DNA of 64,000 nucleotides from positions 32,001-96,000 of the forward strand of contig CAVYHV010000030.1 in NCBI GenBank assembly GCA_963768425.1, in the 5' to 3' direction. Below are positions 19,944 to 30,026 of the stretch, piece by piece. The notes under the pieces were generated by a model that saw only the letters and a program-made list of their open reading frames with translations, was not told the DNA's origin and made no database searches. This DNA comes from Candidatus Bathyarchaeota archaeon. GTDB taxonomy: Archaea > Thermoproteota > Bathyarchaeia > Bathyarchaeales > Bathycorpusculaceae. Position numbers and translations under genes: made by a program. Each line of letters starts with the position of its first letter. The stretch's first letter is position 1.

Positions 19944-21890
19944 TTGATTACTCGTTCACGTTCAGCACTCACCAAAATTCATGCCGTAATCATCATAGTC
20001 ATAGTTTTAATTGCAGCGGTAGATACTGTCGCATACCTTTATGAAAACAATTACTTTGGTTCCCAACCAGCCGTCTCCTTCTCCTACTCCTGTTCCTTCT
20101 TCACCCCCGAAGGCTACTGCTGCTCCTCCGCCTACTGCTATGCCTGTCTCGCTTAAGGTTTCAAATTTGCTCATAAACCCGATTGAGGCTTGGCCAAACC
20201 AAACAATCACTGCAACAGTTGAAGTTGAAAACGGCGAAAGCGGAAACATCAGTTACCTGTTTCCCTTCTCGGTGAATGGACAAATCGTGCAAGAAGTTCC
20301 AGTTGAGCTTGCTGGAGGAGCTTCTACGAACGTGACTGCTGCATTAAATGAGAGTAGCGTTGGAAGTTACAACTTGAATGCGGGAGGACAGGCTAACACA
20401 TTTACTGTTGTCCCTACAGGCGAGCATACTTTGAACGTCATCATGAACCAGGATGGGATTACTTTCACTTTGGACGGCGTTACCCACACTACTAGATTTT
20501 CAGGGCTGGTGCCAGTTGGATCCCACACCATTACCGTTCCAGCTTCAGAGCAGGTTGAAAATAGCGAATGGGGACTAGTCACCTACTCGTTTTCAGGCTG
20601 GAATGACGGGTCGACCAGTCCTAAGTGAAACCTTCAATGTTGAAGGTTTAACTTATGAGGTGGGAAATTATGTAAGAACAGCGCCAACTTCGTGCCCTGA
20701 ACTGTACGTGTGGAACGGAACAGGTTACAGTTACGCTGCAGACGTCAATGACGGCACTGGATGGTTGGGTTTCCTTGAGTACTTTAACCCTGACGGCTCA
20801 ATGGTTTTCTCCTACAACTACCCATACGATTACATAAAACTGGATTCGACTCAGCTGCAGCCTCTCAACGGGTTTTACAACATAAAAATTGCTGAAGACA
20901 CAAACGAAATCTTCTATCTGGACTCGGTTAAACTGTTGGCCGTGGATCATCCCGCGGGCACGGATGTTTTCTCGACCAAAAGCACTTTTGTCTACGACCT
21001 CTCTGGTCAAGGAACAATCTATTCTTTACAAGATGACTTTGCCACTCCAGTTTCAGCGGTCAACGGGCAGGGACAAAATGTTCTTCCATTGATCTCCAAG
21101 CTTGACGGCGACTTCACTACCGCCAACAGGTGGACATGGAATAACTTGACGCTTAATCTGGGCAACTTGGCGGGCGCAAAGAACATCGACTTGGTAGTTG
21201 CAGCCCGCACCGAATGGCCAAGCACCAGCGCGGAGGAGAGAACTTCATGAGTTACGCTAGCAAACCTGGAGTGATGCCTTCGCCGCCGCCGTACATGCAG
21301 GTGATGGCTGCAAACGGAAGCTGGGTAAACGTTCCACAGGACCGAGAGTTTCCTATTCCCGCGACTACAGACCAGACTTTCGTGGTTAACTTGACGGCTT
21401 GTTCCCAACTGACAATTTCATGCTGAGAATAAACTATTACCAAGAGATTCCAGTTCGATTACATAGGTGTAAGCACTTCGCCTCAGCAAGACATGAATGT
21501 TTACACTTTGACGCCTTCATCAGCCGACTTGACACAGGCTTATGTTCCTAACTCAACATCCAGCGGAGCATTCACAAGATACGGGGACGTCACGGCGCTT
21601 GTACAGTCTGCTGACGACGAATTCGTGATTGGGCGACAAGGAGACGTGGTTCAATCCAGTTTCCAGCGGATTTGCCTCCTGTTCCCAAAGGCTGGGTGAG
21701 AGACTACTTTGTTGTTGCAAACTGCTGGTTCAAAGGCAACGGGTTGCCCTATGTGCCTTTCACTGTTGACCCGCTTCCATTCCAAACGATGACAAGCTTC
21801 CCATACCCATCAAACGAAACCTACCCCTCCGACGCACAGCATCAAGCGTACCTGAAAACATACAACACAAGAATAGTTGACACACCTTAA
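19944..21890 (+). CDS. Large secreted protein (TM, Pro/Thr linker, CARDB-like domain, C-terminal domain like that of ASPIC/UnbV-type proteins), split by several frameshifts
   Basis: Consecutive overlapping fragments 19944, 20041, 20603, 21214, 21493, 21672; motifs SCPELYVWNG, LLAVDHP, FTRYGDV, GWVRD, PLPF..M..FPYP, YNTR. Confidence 0.65.
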
Positions 21891-22066
21891 ATCCAATTTT
21901 TTATGTGACTCTGCTCATGCGAGGGTTCATCCTCCATTTGTTCAAGAGAAAATAATTAAGACCTTGAAAATACTGTTGTGCTTTTCTTATCGTTTGAGCC
22001 GCGACAGATTTATGGATAAAAAATTAATCGAGTAAGCAGCTTTGTGGAGAACTTTGATCAAGGAGT

Positions 22067-22531
22067 TTAGAGCATGAGCCTCATTTCGGTCGTCAACTTG
22101 AACCCGAACTGTCCCGTAAAGCGGAATTCCCGCCTCTGAAGCATGAAGGCTCATGGTTCTGTATCCGTGCTCTTTGGACCAGTCGATTGCGTGTTGAACA
22201 ATCATTTTCGCAACGCCTGTTCGTCTAAACCCTTCTTCCGTATACATTGACATAATGTAAGGTGCTTCCAAGCATGGGTTGAATGGTCGCGGGGCGTCTT
22301 CTCGGAGCCAAATGCATCCGCTTCCAGCTACCTCTCCTGTTTGGGTTTCTGCAATGAACCCGATGAGTTTGCCTTCAGACAGCTTGGTTTTGATCCAAGC
22401 GCGCGTCAACTCTTTTAGTTCCTCTGCTTTTTCAGCAAATTCTGGACGTATTTCTTTCCACATGCCACTCTATGCTCAACCAAGAGTTCGTTGTCTCCAG
22501 CCTTTGCAAGGACGATTCTAAATTCGGTCAT
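22067..22531 (-). CDS. GNAT acetyltransferase (two apparent frameshifts)
   Basis: MYTEEGFRRTGVAK, LHASEAGIPLY; N-terminus MTEFRIVLAK and C-terminus FGFKLTTEMRLML lie in shifted frames. Confidence 0.8.
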
Positions 22532-23750
22532 TTATTCACTCTTTATTTGACTAACTCTTTCTTCTGGCATTTTCGTGTTCCTGAAGAAGTACCAGAATAG
22601 CCCTATTGAGACCAGGTAGAATAGCGCCGCCAAAAAGAACGGGGCTGCTAGAAGTGACATGCCTATAAGCCAGGCGCCAACGAATGAACTTAAAGCGTTC
22701 GGCAATCTCCAGAGGGCGGCGCTTATGCCTGAAGCTGCTCCACGTTCATCTTCGGGGACCAACCCCATTATCATCGACTGCGCCAAGGGGCTTGACATGT
22801 TCATTAGAAATGCTCTCGAGGTGTAAACGAAGCTGGCGATGATGTAGTTTGGGGACAGGGGTGTCGCGAACATGAATACTGTTGAAATGGCTTCTGTAAC
22901 AACTATGGCGTTGACAACTCCAAACCTTTTTGCGAGTGTAGGAGCAGCGAGCGTGGATACTCCTACTACGATGCTTGAGACGCCCAGAATTGGACCGCTT
23001 AATGAGTCAGGTATGCCGTACTGTGCTTTCATCCAAGCCGTCATCAGGGGAATAATCATGCCTGCGCCCACAGCGATGATGGCGCCTGTTATGACGTATT
23101 TTGCCAAAACGTTTTTTGATTTTCTAGGGAGCAGTTGACTTAAGGTTGCTTTTGCTTTGCTGAGTTCTTGGTTCCGTGACTTTCAACATAATTAATGTTG
23201 AAGATAGGCTCAACGCTGCAAGAACAACGTAGAGAAGAATATGGCTTTCTTTGTTAGAGAACCCGGCCATTGTTGAAGTCGCCAAGATTGCAGCGGCGCC
23301 AACGCCGAAAGCAGTGCTGTTGGCGAAGCCGAACATTGAGAACACGCTGTTTCTCTTTGTGTCGTCGGCTTTTGCTGCAAGTAACGCGCTAACAGAAGCT
23401 GATGAGGCTGCTTCTGAAATGCCTTCAAAAACCGCGGCTATAATCAGCAAAGCCGTGTTGGTTGTTAAGGCGAAAACCGCAATGATGAGGCTCGCTATTA
23501 CGTTGCTTAATATGAGAATTCGTCTTCTGCCGTATTTGTCTGCTGCGATTCCCATGGGGATGCTGGTGGCGAAAGTGGATATACCCATAATTGTTACGAT
23601 GAGCCCCATGAGGTAGAAGCTTAATCCCTGAACTGTGGTGAGGAAGTAGGCTATGTCGGTGTAAAACATGCCGTAAGCCACTGAGGGCAGCACCGAGAAA
23701 TAGATTAGGTATTTTGCCTGTGTCGACATTCCTCTGTAAACGCTAAACAC
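22532..23750 (-). CDS. MFS transporter (split near 23120)
   Basis: GIAADKYGRRR motif A in the N-half; LAKRFG and VPEDERGAASG in the C-half. Confidence 0.85.
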
Positions 23751-23876
23751 TTAGATGACCCGTTGGCTGGTTAGAAGTGGTTTCGATATCTGTGGTTTTA
23801 AGGTTTTCTAACTTTTTCAACTTTGATTGATAAAGTTTTTAGCAAAATTCTCTTTTTTTCGATTCGTTCAATGCGG

Positions 23877-24941
23877 CTACTTTTTCTTCTTGGAGCGGGT
23901 TTGCTTGGCGAGGTTGTCGACTGCGTTGATTGCTTTTTCGATATGGTCTTTCTCTATTCCTCGATGCGTCACCATCCTCACGTTGTGCTTGGCTATGGTT
24001 GAGGCTAAAACGTTGCGTTCCTTGAGCTTTTGAACGAACTCTTCGTCTGGGATGCCTAAGCCGCTTATATCAAAGCGTACCATGTTCGTCTGCACAGCCT
24101 CCAAGTCAACTTTGACCCCGTTAATCTTTGCCAGCCCTTCAGCCAGGCGCTTAGCGTTTTTGTGGTCGTCTTCCAACCTATCAATCATTGTTTCAAGGGC
24201 AACGATGCCTGCCGCGGCTATTATTCCAGCTTGCCGCATGCCTCCCCCCAAAATTTTGCGGGTTTTTCTAGCTTTCTCGATGAATTGTTGGTCGCCCACG
24301 ACCAGTGAGCCGATGGGGCAGCTTAGGCTCTTGGACAGGCAGAACATCAGGTTGTCAACGTGCTTCGTGAACTCTTTCACGTCGGTCTGTGAGGCTACAG
24401 CGGCGTTGAATATTCTTGCTCCGTCCATGTAGAATTTTAAGCCGTGCCGCTTTGACACTTCGCTTATTGCTTGCATTTGGCTAGGCGATACAATTGTTCC
24501 GCCGTACCTGTTATGAGTATTCTCGATGCATACCAGGGCGGGTTCCGGAAAATGAATGTTTTTGGGTCTGATGGCGGCTTCAATGTCTTCTGACGCGATT
24601 GCCCCTAGGTGACCTCTTATCAGCCAAGGCAGCAGCCCAGCTACACCTGAAATTCCGCCTCCTTCATACCAGTAGATATGAGACTCCGCCTCTAAGATTA
24701 CGAGGTCTCCACGTTTTGTATTATTTATCAGAGACACCAGGTTCGCTTGCGTGCCGCTTGTGACTAAAAGAGCTGCTTCTTTGCCCATTTTCCGGGCTGC
24801 CATTTCTTCAAGTTTTCTGACTGTTGGGTCTTCTCTGTAAACATCGTCTCCTAATTCTGCATGTCGAATTGCCTCCCGCATTTCCTCAGTTGGCAATGTC
24901 ACTGTATCACTTCGCAGATCAATCATTTCTTTTATTGCCAT
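23877..24941 (-). CDS. ltaE: Low-specificity L-threonine aldolase
   Basis: IDLRSDTVT, GDDVY.EDP, SGTQAN, MDGARIFNA, CLSKSL, GGGMRQAG; start inferred from AGGAG Shine-Dalgarno. Confidence 0.92.
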   Translation of the reverse strand: MAIKEMIDLRSDTVTLPTEEMREAIRHAELGDDVYREDPTVRKLEEMAARKMGKEAALLVTSGTQANLVSLINNTKRGDLVILEAESHIYWYEGGGISGVAGLLPWLIRGHLGAIASEDIEAAIRPKNIHFPEPALVCIENTHNRYGGTIVSPSQMQAISEVSKRHGLKFYMDGARIFNAAVASQTDVKEFTKHVDNLMFCLSKSLSCPIGSLVVGDQQFIEKARKTRKILGGGMRQAGIIAAAGIVALETMIDRLEDDHKNAKRLAEGLAKINGVKVDLEAVQTNMVRFDISGLGIPDEEFVQKLKERNVLASTIAKHNVRMVTHRGIEKDHIEKAINAVDNLAKQTRSKKKK

Positions 24942-25398
24942 TTCCATTCTTCTCCTAAAATGATTAGTTGACCTCTTGAAAAAGCAAGGGGGTCTTTGCT
25001 TTAAAAGTCTTCTTTTCAAATTTCTTGAGGCAAAAAACGCGACAAGTTTTGCACTTACTCTAGAGCTAAATCTGGGGGCAGTCAATCTTGGGCTGAATGT
25101 TTGTTATCCTCTATTGCTGAGAATGCCAATAAAATCGTAAGTTCATTCGATCAGTGTTAGCTGTTCTGTTGTCGCCGAAAAAGATGGTTTTGAACAAAAC
25201 CTCAGAGTTGATCTGCAAAAAAGAGCTTGTCGTCGAAACAACAGTAGCATCTTCTAACTTCAACGCTCATGATTGCACGGCAAAAGAAAGTTGCTTGCAT
25301 TGAGATTGATCTGCAAATAACAGTTGTATTGGTGCTTTGTGTTCATTGAGACAAGGTTCTTGTTTAGTTTGCTCGCTCTTCGATGTGTGGAGCGTTCT

Positions 25399-26670
25399 TT
25401 ATAGTGGCGCGTAGTGTAAACAGGCGACTAACCTGTTATCTTGTGGGTACATTTCGGGTACTATGCAGGGCGAGAGCTTCAGCTTTACGCCTTCATTGGT
25501 TTCGCTTACATCATCTATGGCAGCAAGGCTCTTAGTCCATTTTTTCTCCAGGCTAATCAATTCCTTTACTGAGATTAAATCGGTGTTCGTGATGATCACG
25601 TCACCGTTCATGTTTATGGACACATTGGTTCCTTCTTTGAACCTGTCTGGATACTTGTCTTCTATTAGGTACTTCAGGTCAGAGACAACTTCAGAGGCAC
25701 TCCATCCGCATCGATTGAAGGAGACAGGGCACCTCGGGTGGAAAGAGCATCCTCCAGGCGGGTCCACCAGATTCGGAGTGTCTCCTTTCAATATTATTTT
25801 AGTTCCTTTGACTGCTTTTCCCGGAACAGCTGAAATAAGCGCGATGTTATAGGGATGGATAGGCTTCAATATCACGTCTTTCTTTTGTCCAATCTCCACT
25901 ATCTTACCTGCATACATGACGTTCACTTGGTCCGCCATGTAAGAAATTACAGCAATATTGTGCGTTATGAGCACCATTCCAATGTTATATTTTTCCCTTA
26001 TCTTGCGAAGAAGCGCTAAAACCTGAGCTTGAACCGAAACGTCCAACGCGCTGGTTGGCTCGTCAAGTACCAAAAACTTGGGAAGAGTCGCTATTCCCCT
26101 AGCAAGAGCAACCCTCTGCCTTTGGCCACCAGAAAGTTCATGTGGGTATCTGTAGGCGAAGTCTCTTGGAAGGCCAACTTCATCCAGGAGTTCCATGCAT
26201 CTTTGGACGGCTTCCTTGGATCGAAGGTAACCCGTGGCAACGATGGGTTCCATTATAATATCCAAGATGTTAAGGCGGGGATCCAATGAGGAATATGGGT
26301 CCTGAAAGACAATGTTTGTTTTCTTTCTAATTTCTCTCTGTCTGCCTCTGTTTTTGCTAAATATCGAATATTGTTTCTCGATTTCAGCAGCCTTGTCCAA
26401 GTCCTTATTCGCTATACAAGTATCGTATTGTTGTAAGACTTCATCTGGAATATCAAAGAAGATTTGACCCGCAGTCGGCTTGAGTAATCCCAAAAGCATT
26501 CTTCCCAAAGTGGTCTTTCCAGAGCCACTCTCTCCTACTATGCCTACAACCTCGCCTTCTCTTACCTGTAAATTTACGCCTTCAACAGCCTTTAATGTAA
26601 GCGACTTTCCAAATGCGCTTTCGCCTTTGATCGGAAAATGTTTAACCAGTTGTCTCGTTGCAATCAACAT
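25399..26670 (-). CDS. dppF: Oligopeptide ABC transporter ATPase (DppF/OppF)
   Basis: GESGSGKTT, FQDPYSSL, ELSGGQRQR, LDEPTSALD, GCSFHPRCP. Confidence 0.9.
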   Translation of the reverse strand: MLIATRQLVKHFPIKGESAFGKSLTLKAVEGVNLQVREGEVVGIVGESGSGKTTLGRMLLGLLKPTAGQIFFDIPDEVLQQYDTCIANKDLDKAAEIEKQYSIFSKNRGRQREIRKKTNIVFQDPYSSLDPRLNILDIIMEPIVATGYLRSKEAVQRCMELLDEVGLPRDFAYRYPHELSGGQRQRVALARGIATLPKFLVLDEPTSALDVSVQAQVLALLRKIREKYNIGMVLITHNIAVISYMADQVNVMYAGKIVEIGQKKDVILKPIHPYNIALISAVPGKAVKGTKIILKGDTPNLVDPPGGCSFHPRCPVSFNRCGWSASEVVSDLKYLIEDKYPDRFKEGTNVSINMNGDVIITNTDLISVKELISLEKKWTKSLAAIDDVSETNEGVKLKLSPCIVPEMYPQDNRLVACLHYAPL

Positions 26671-26671
26671 T

Positions 26672-28025
26672 TTAATCACCTTTTGGGAAGCAGGCGACGA
26701 AATCGCCCTCTTCAACTTCCATCATACTTGGTTTTGCAGCTCTGCATTTTTCTGTTGCATCTGGACACCTTGGGTTAAAGGAACATCCAATTGGAACATT
26801 TCTCATATCTGGAACAGTGCCGCCTATGCCTTGGATTTCATTTCCATCAATTGTTGGGATAGCTTTTGTAAGCATTCTCGTATAAGGATGAAGAGGCCTG
26901 CTAAAGACCGCGTCTATGGGAGCAATTTCGACTATTCTTCCTGCGTACATTATGCCGATTCTGTCGCAGACTTCTGATAACACAGAAAGATCATGGGATA
27001 TGAATATGAATGACGTGTTGAACCTGTGCTTAAGATGACGTGTAAGCTCGAGTATCTGAGCCTGCACAGTTACGTCTAAAGCACTAGTAGGCTCGTCTAA
27101 TATCACTAGCTCAGGATTGTTAGCAAGTGCAATTGCTATTACTATTCTCTGTCTCATGCCGCCTGAAAGTTCATGAGGATACATTCGCACTACTTTATCG
27201 GGGTTAGGAACCTCAAGCATGGAAAGAAGTTCAGTCGCCTTGATGTATCCCTCCTTAAGCAACACGTTTTTGGCTGCTCTGTTGACACCTGGGATTCTCA
27301 TCCAACCGCCAATATTCTTCCCGCTTCCAACCCTTTCAAGAACCAATTTCTCAAATGAGCCCAACTTTTCCGAATGGAGCGACAAGATAATTTTCTCTTT
27401 CTTAGCCTCTCCCAGATCGTTTCTTCTCCAGACACTGAGAACTTGATCCTCAATGCCATGTAGATTCTTCGATTCAGCGTACTTGTTGATAGCTTGTTCG
27501 TCTGCACCTTCCTTAAGTAGTTTAATTATCTGTCCAAGGTCATCGTGGGTAACCTTTGTCCTAGGCAATTTTTCTTTCCGCTAGCATCGGCTGATGAGCG
27601 ATGATGGTTTCTGCTATCTGGAAACCGATCTGAAGAACCGGGTTTAAGCTCGTCATAGGGTCCTGGAAAACCATTGAGATCTTGGTTCCCCTAATGTCGC
27701 ATGACTCTCTGTTCAATTTCTTAATGGCTTCCTCGCTTTGTTTAATGTTGAACTTTTCCCCTTCGCTTGGGGCAGCATTCCTCAGACAGGCTGTCAAGTC
27801 TCTGTTTCCGGCAAGCAAAACTTCTCCTTGGGTTACCGCCGCGTTTTTGGGGAGAAGTCCCATTATAGTTAGCCCTAGTGTCGTTTTACCGCATCCGCTT
27901 TCTCCCGCTACACCGAATATTTCACCCTGTTTAAGGCTGAGATCCACGCCGTTGAGGGCTTTGTAGATGCCTCTCCTAGTGTAAAACTGCACGTTTAAGT
28001 CAGAGACTTGTAGAGTGTAACTCAA
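26672..28025 (-). CDS. dppD: Oligopeptide ABC transporter ATPase (DppD/OppD) with long insertion, frameshift near 27570
   Basis: GESGCGKTT and FQDPMTSLNP in the 5' fragment; YPHELSGGMRQR and LDEPTSALD in the 3' fragment. Confidence 0.88.
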
Positions 28026-28026
28026 A

Positions 28027-28917
28027 TCAGCTTCTCCTCCTTGGGTCCATAACGTCTCTTAGTCCATCGCCAACAAGGTTGACAGCTAGCGCAAACAAGG
28101 TGATGGCTACTCCTGGGAAGATGACTGTCCAAGGAGCAGTTTGGATGTAGTTTAGGCCTAAGCTTGAAAGGTAACCGAGTTCTGGAATGCTTGCATTCTC
28201 TATGAAGCCTATGAAGGCAAGGGTTGAAAAGATAACCATTATTGATCCTAAGTCCAAAGATATCTGAATGAAAACAGGCGGCAGAGCGTTCGGGAGTATA
28301 TGTTTGTACATTATCTTGAGCCTGCTGACTCCTGAGGCTTTAGCCGCCTCAACGAATGTGAACTCCTTAGTGCTTAGCGTCTGACTCCTTGTGTACCTCG
28401 CGTATAGAGGCCACCAAACGATTGCGAGGGCGATCGACATGTTCAACAGGCTTCGACCGAGGATGAAGCCGACTGCCAAAGCAAGAATAAGATAGGGTAT
28501 GCTGAAAAAGACATCAGTTATTCTCATTACGATCTCATCCATGAGCCCTCCGACATTAGCTGAGATGACGCCCACTATGGACCCAACTGCTGCGCCTATC
28601 GCCACTACAAGAACTGAATAGAACAGGTCGATTCTTACCGCCTTAACCATGCTGGTAAATAGATCTACTCCTGGATATGTTGTGCCAAAGGGATGTGCCA
28701 ACGACGGCGGTGAGGGCACCGTGTTGTAAAAGTTCTCAACGAGTGTACCTGGGCTGTGGATGCCTATTGCTTGTGGGGCGAACTGGACAAGCAGAGCATC
28801 CACAACGTATGCCATGACTATTATGAGGCCGATGACTGCAGCTTTATTTGCAAAAAAGACGGAGAGTGAAAGCCTGGTGTTTTCCCATTTTCTAGTTTTA
28901 AGTTCAGCTTCCGACAT
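28027..28917 (-). CDS. dppC: Oligopeptide ABC transporter permease (DppC)
   Basis: HPFGT, DEIVMRITD, FVEAAKASG, KHILPN, GDGLRDVMDPR. Confidence 0.92.
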   Translation of the reverse strand: MSEAELKTRKWENTRLSLSVFFANKAAVIGLIIVMAYVVDALLVQFAPQAIGIHSPGTLVENFYNTVPSPPSLAHPFGTTYPGVDLFTSMVKAVRIDLFYSVLVVAIGAAVGSIVGVISANVGGLMDEIVMRITDVFFSIPYLILALAVGFILGRSLLNMSIALAIVWWPLYARYTRSQTLSTKEFTFVEAAKASGVSRLKIMYKHILPNALPPVFIQISLDLGSIMVIFSTLAFIGFIENASIPELGYLSSLGLNYIQTAPWTVIFPGVAITLFALAVNLVGDGLRDVMDPRRRS

Positions 28918-28927
28918 TTTTTTCCTC

Positions 28928-29983
28928 CTAATATCTTATCCGCGGATCAACCAGAGCGTACACTATGTCCACTATCAAGTTTGCAAACATAAGAATGAGC
29001 CCGAAAAGCAGGGCGGCAGACATGATGCCTCCTATATCGCTAACGAGAAGTGCTTGCGTTGTCCAGTAGCCTATTCCTGGATAATTAAATATGGTCTCCA
29101 CCACGACTGCTCCTCCTAAAAGGCCAGCTACGGTATAGCCGAAAAGAGTAATTACCGGCAATAGAGCGTTCTTCCGTGCGTGAAGGTTAATCACTGACCG
29201 TTCAGAGATACCTTTGGATCTTGCCAGCCTAATGTAATCCTGATCTAATACTTCAAGCATTGAAGATCTGAGTATTCTTATCATGCTGGCAACTATGGCC
29301 AGCGCAAGCGTGACAGATGGCAGGATAAGATGAAGAAACGCATCACCCGCTATGCCCCATGCGCCGTGAATGATTGCGTCTATGAGAATTATATGTGTGG
29401 GGTATGAGATGCCGTTGACGTACCACGATGCAGATGAAACCGAAACTGGGTTAACGACACCTGAGAAAGGAAGTATCTTTAGGTAGACGCCTACAAGAAG
29501 GATCAACACTATGCCGATGAGATATATGGGCATTGCATACAGCGTGAAGGATCCGATTCGTAATGTATGGTCAGCTGGTGAGTCCCTGTTTACAGCTGAA
29601 TAGACTCCCAGTGGGACGCCGATTACCCAGATCAAAATTGATGCTACGACGGAAATCATAAGTGTGTTCGGGAGAAAAAGTGCTATGGCGGTGTTTACTT
29701 GCCAGCTGAATATGGGCGTGTTAGTGACGCCCCAGTTGCCTTGCAGTATTTGCCATAGCCAGTAAAAATATTGAATGTAAATTGGCTGATTAAGGTGAAA
29801 TTGGTTTGTGAGCTGTTGAACAAGTATTTGCCTTGCAGCCCCTGTTAGTTTAGGGCTTATGTATTCTGATAAAATAACGTTTGTTCCGCTTACGTGGGAT
29901 AGAATGAAGACTATGAAAGTAAGTCCGATTAAAGTCGGAATGAGAAGCAATAACCGCCTAATGATGTATACCCAAAGGCGCAT
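28928..29983 (-). CDS. dppB: Oligopeptide ABC transporter permease (DppB)
   Basis: YIIRRLLLLIPTL, HLILP, DYIRLARSKG, VETIF.YPGIG, YALVDPRIRY. Confidence 0.92.
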   Translation of the reverse strand: MRLWVYIIRRLLLLIPTLIGLTFIVFILSHVSGTNVILSEYISPKLTGAARQILVQQLTNQFHLNQPIYIQYFYWLWQILQGNWGVTNTPIFSWQVNTAIALFLPNTLMISVVASILIWVIGVPLGVYSAVNRDSPADHTLRIGSFTLYAMPIYLIGIVLILLVGVYLKILPFSGVVNPVSVSSASWYVNGISYPTHIILIDAIIHGAWGIAGDAFLHLILPSVTLALAIVASMIRILRSSMLEVLDQDYIRLARSKGISERSVINLHARKNALLPVITLFGYTVAGLLGGAVVVETIFNYPGIGYWTTQALLVSDIGGIMSAALLFGLILMFANLIVDIVYALVDPRIRY

Positions 29984-30026
29984 GATGGAATCGCTCCAAA
30001 GAAAAAAAAGGGAACTTAGGAAGAGC

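Noticed and set aside
27555-27585. Programmed ribosomal frameshift in dppD
   Set aside because: One of many scattered indels; no shared slippery site or stimulatory structure.
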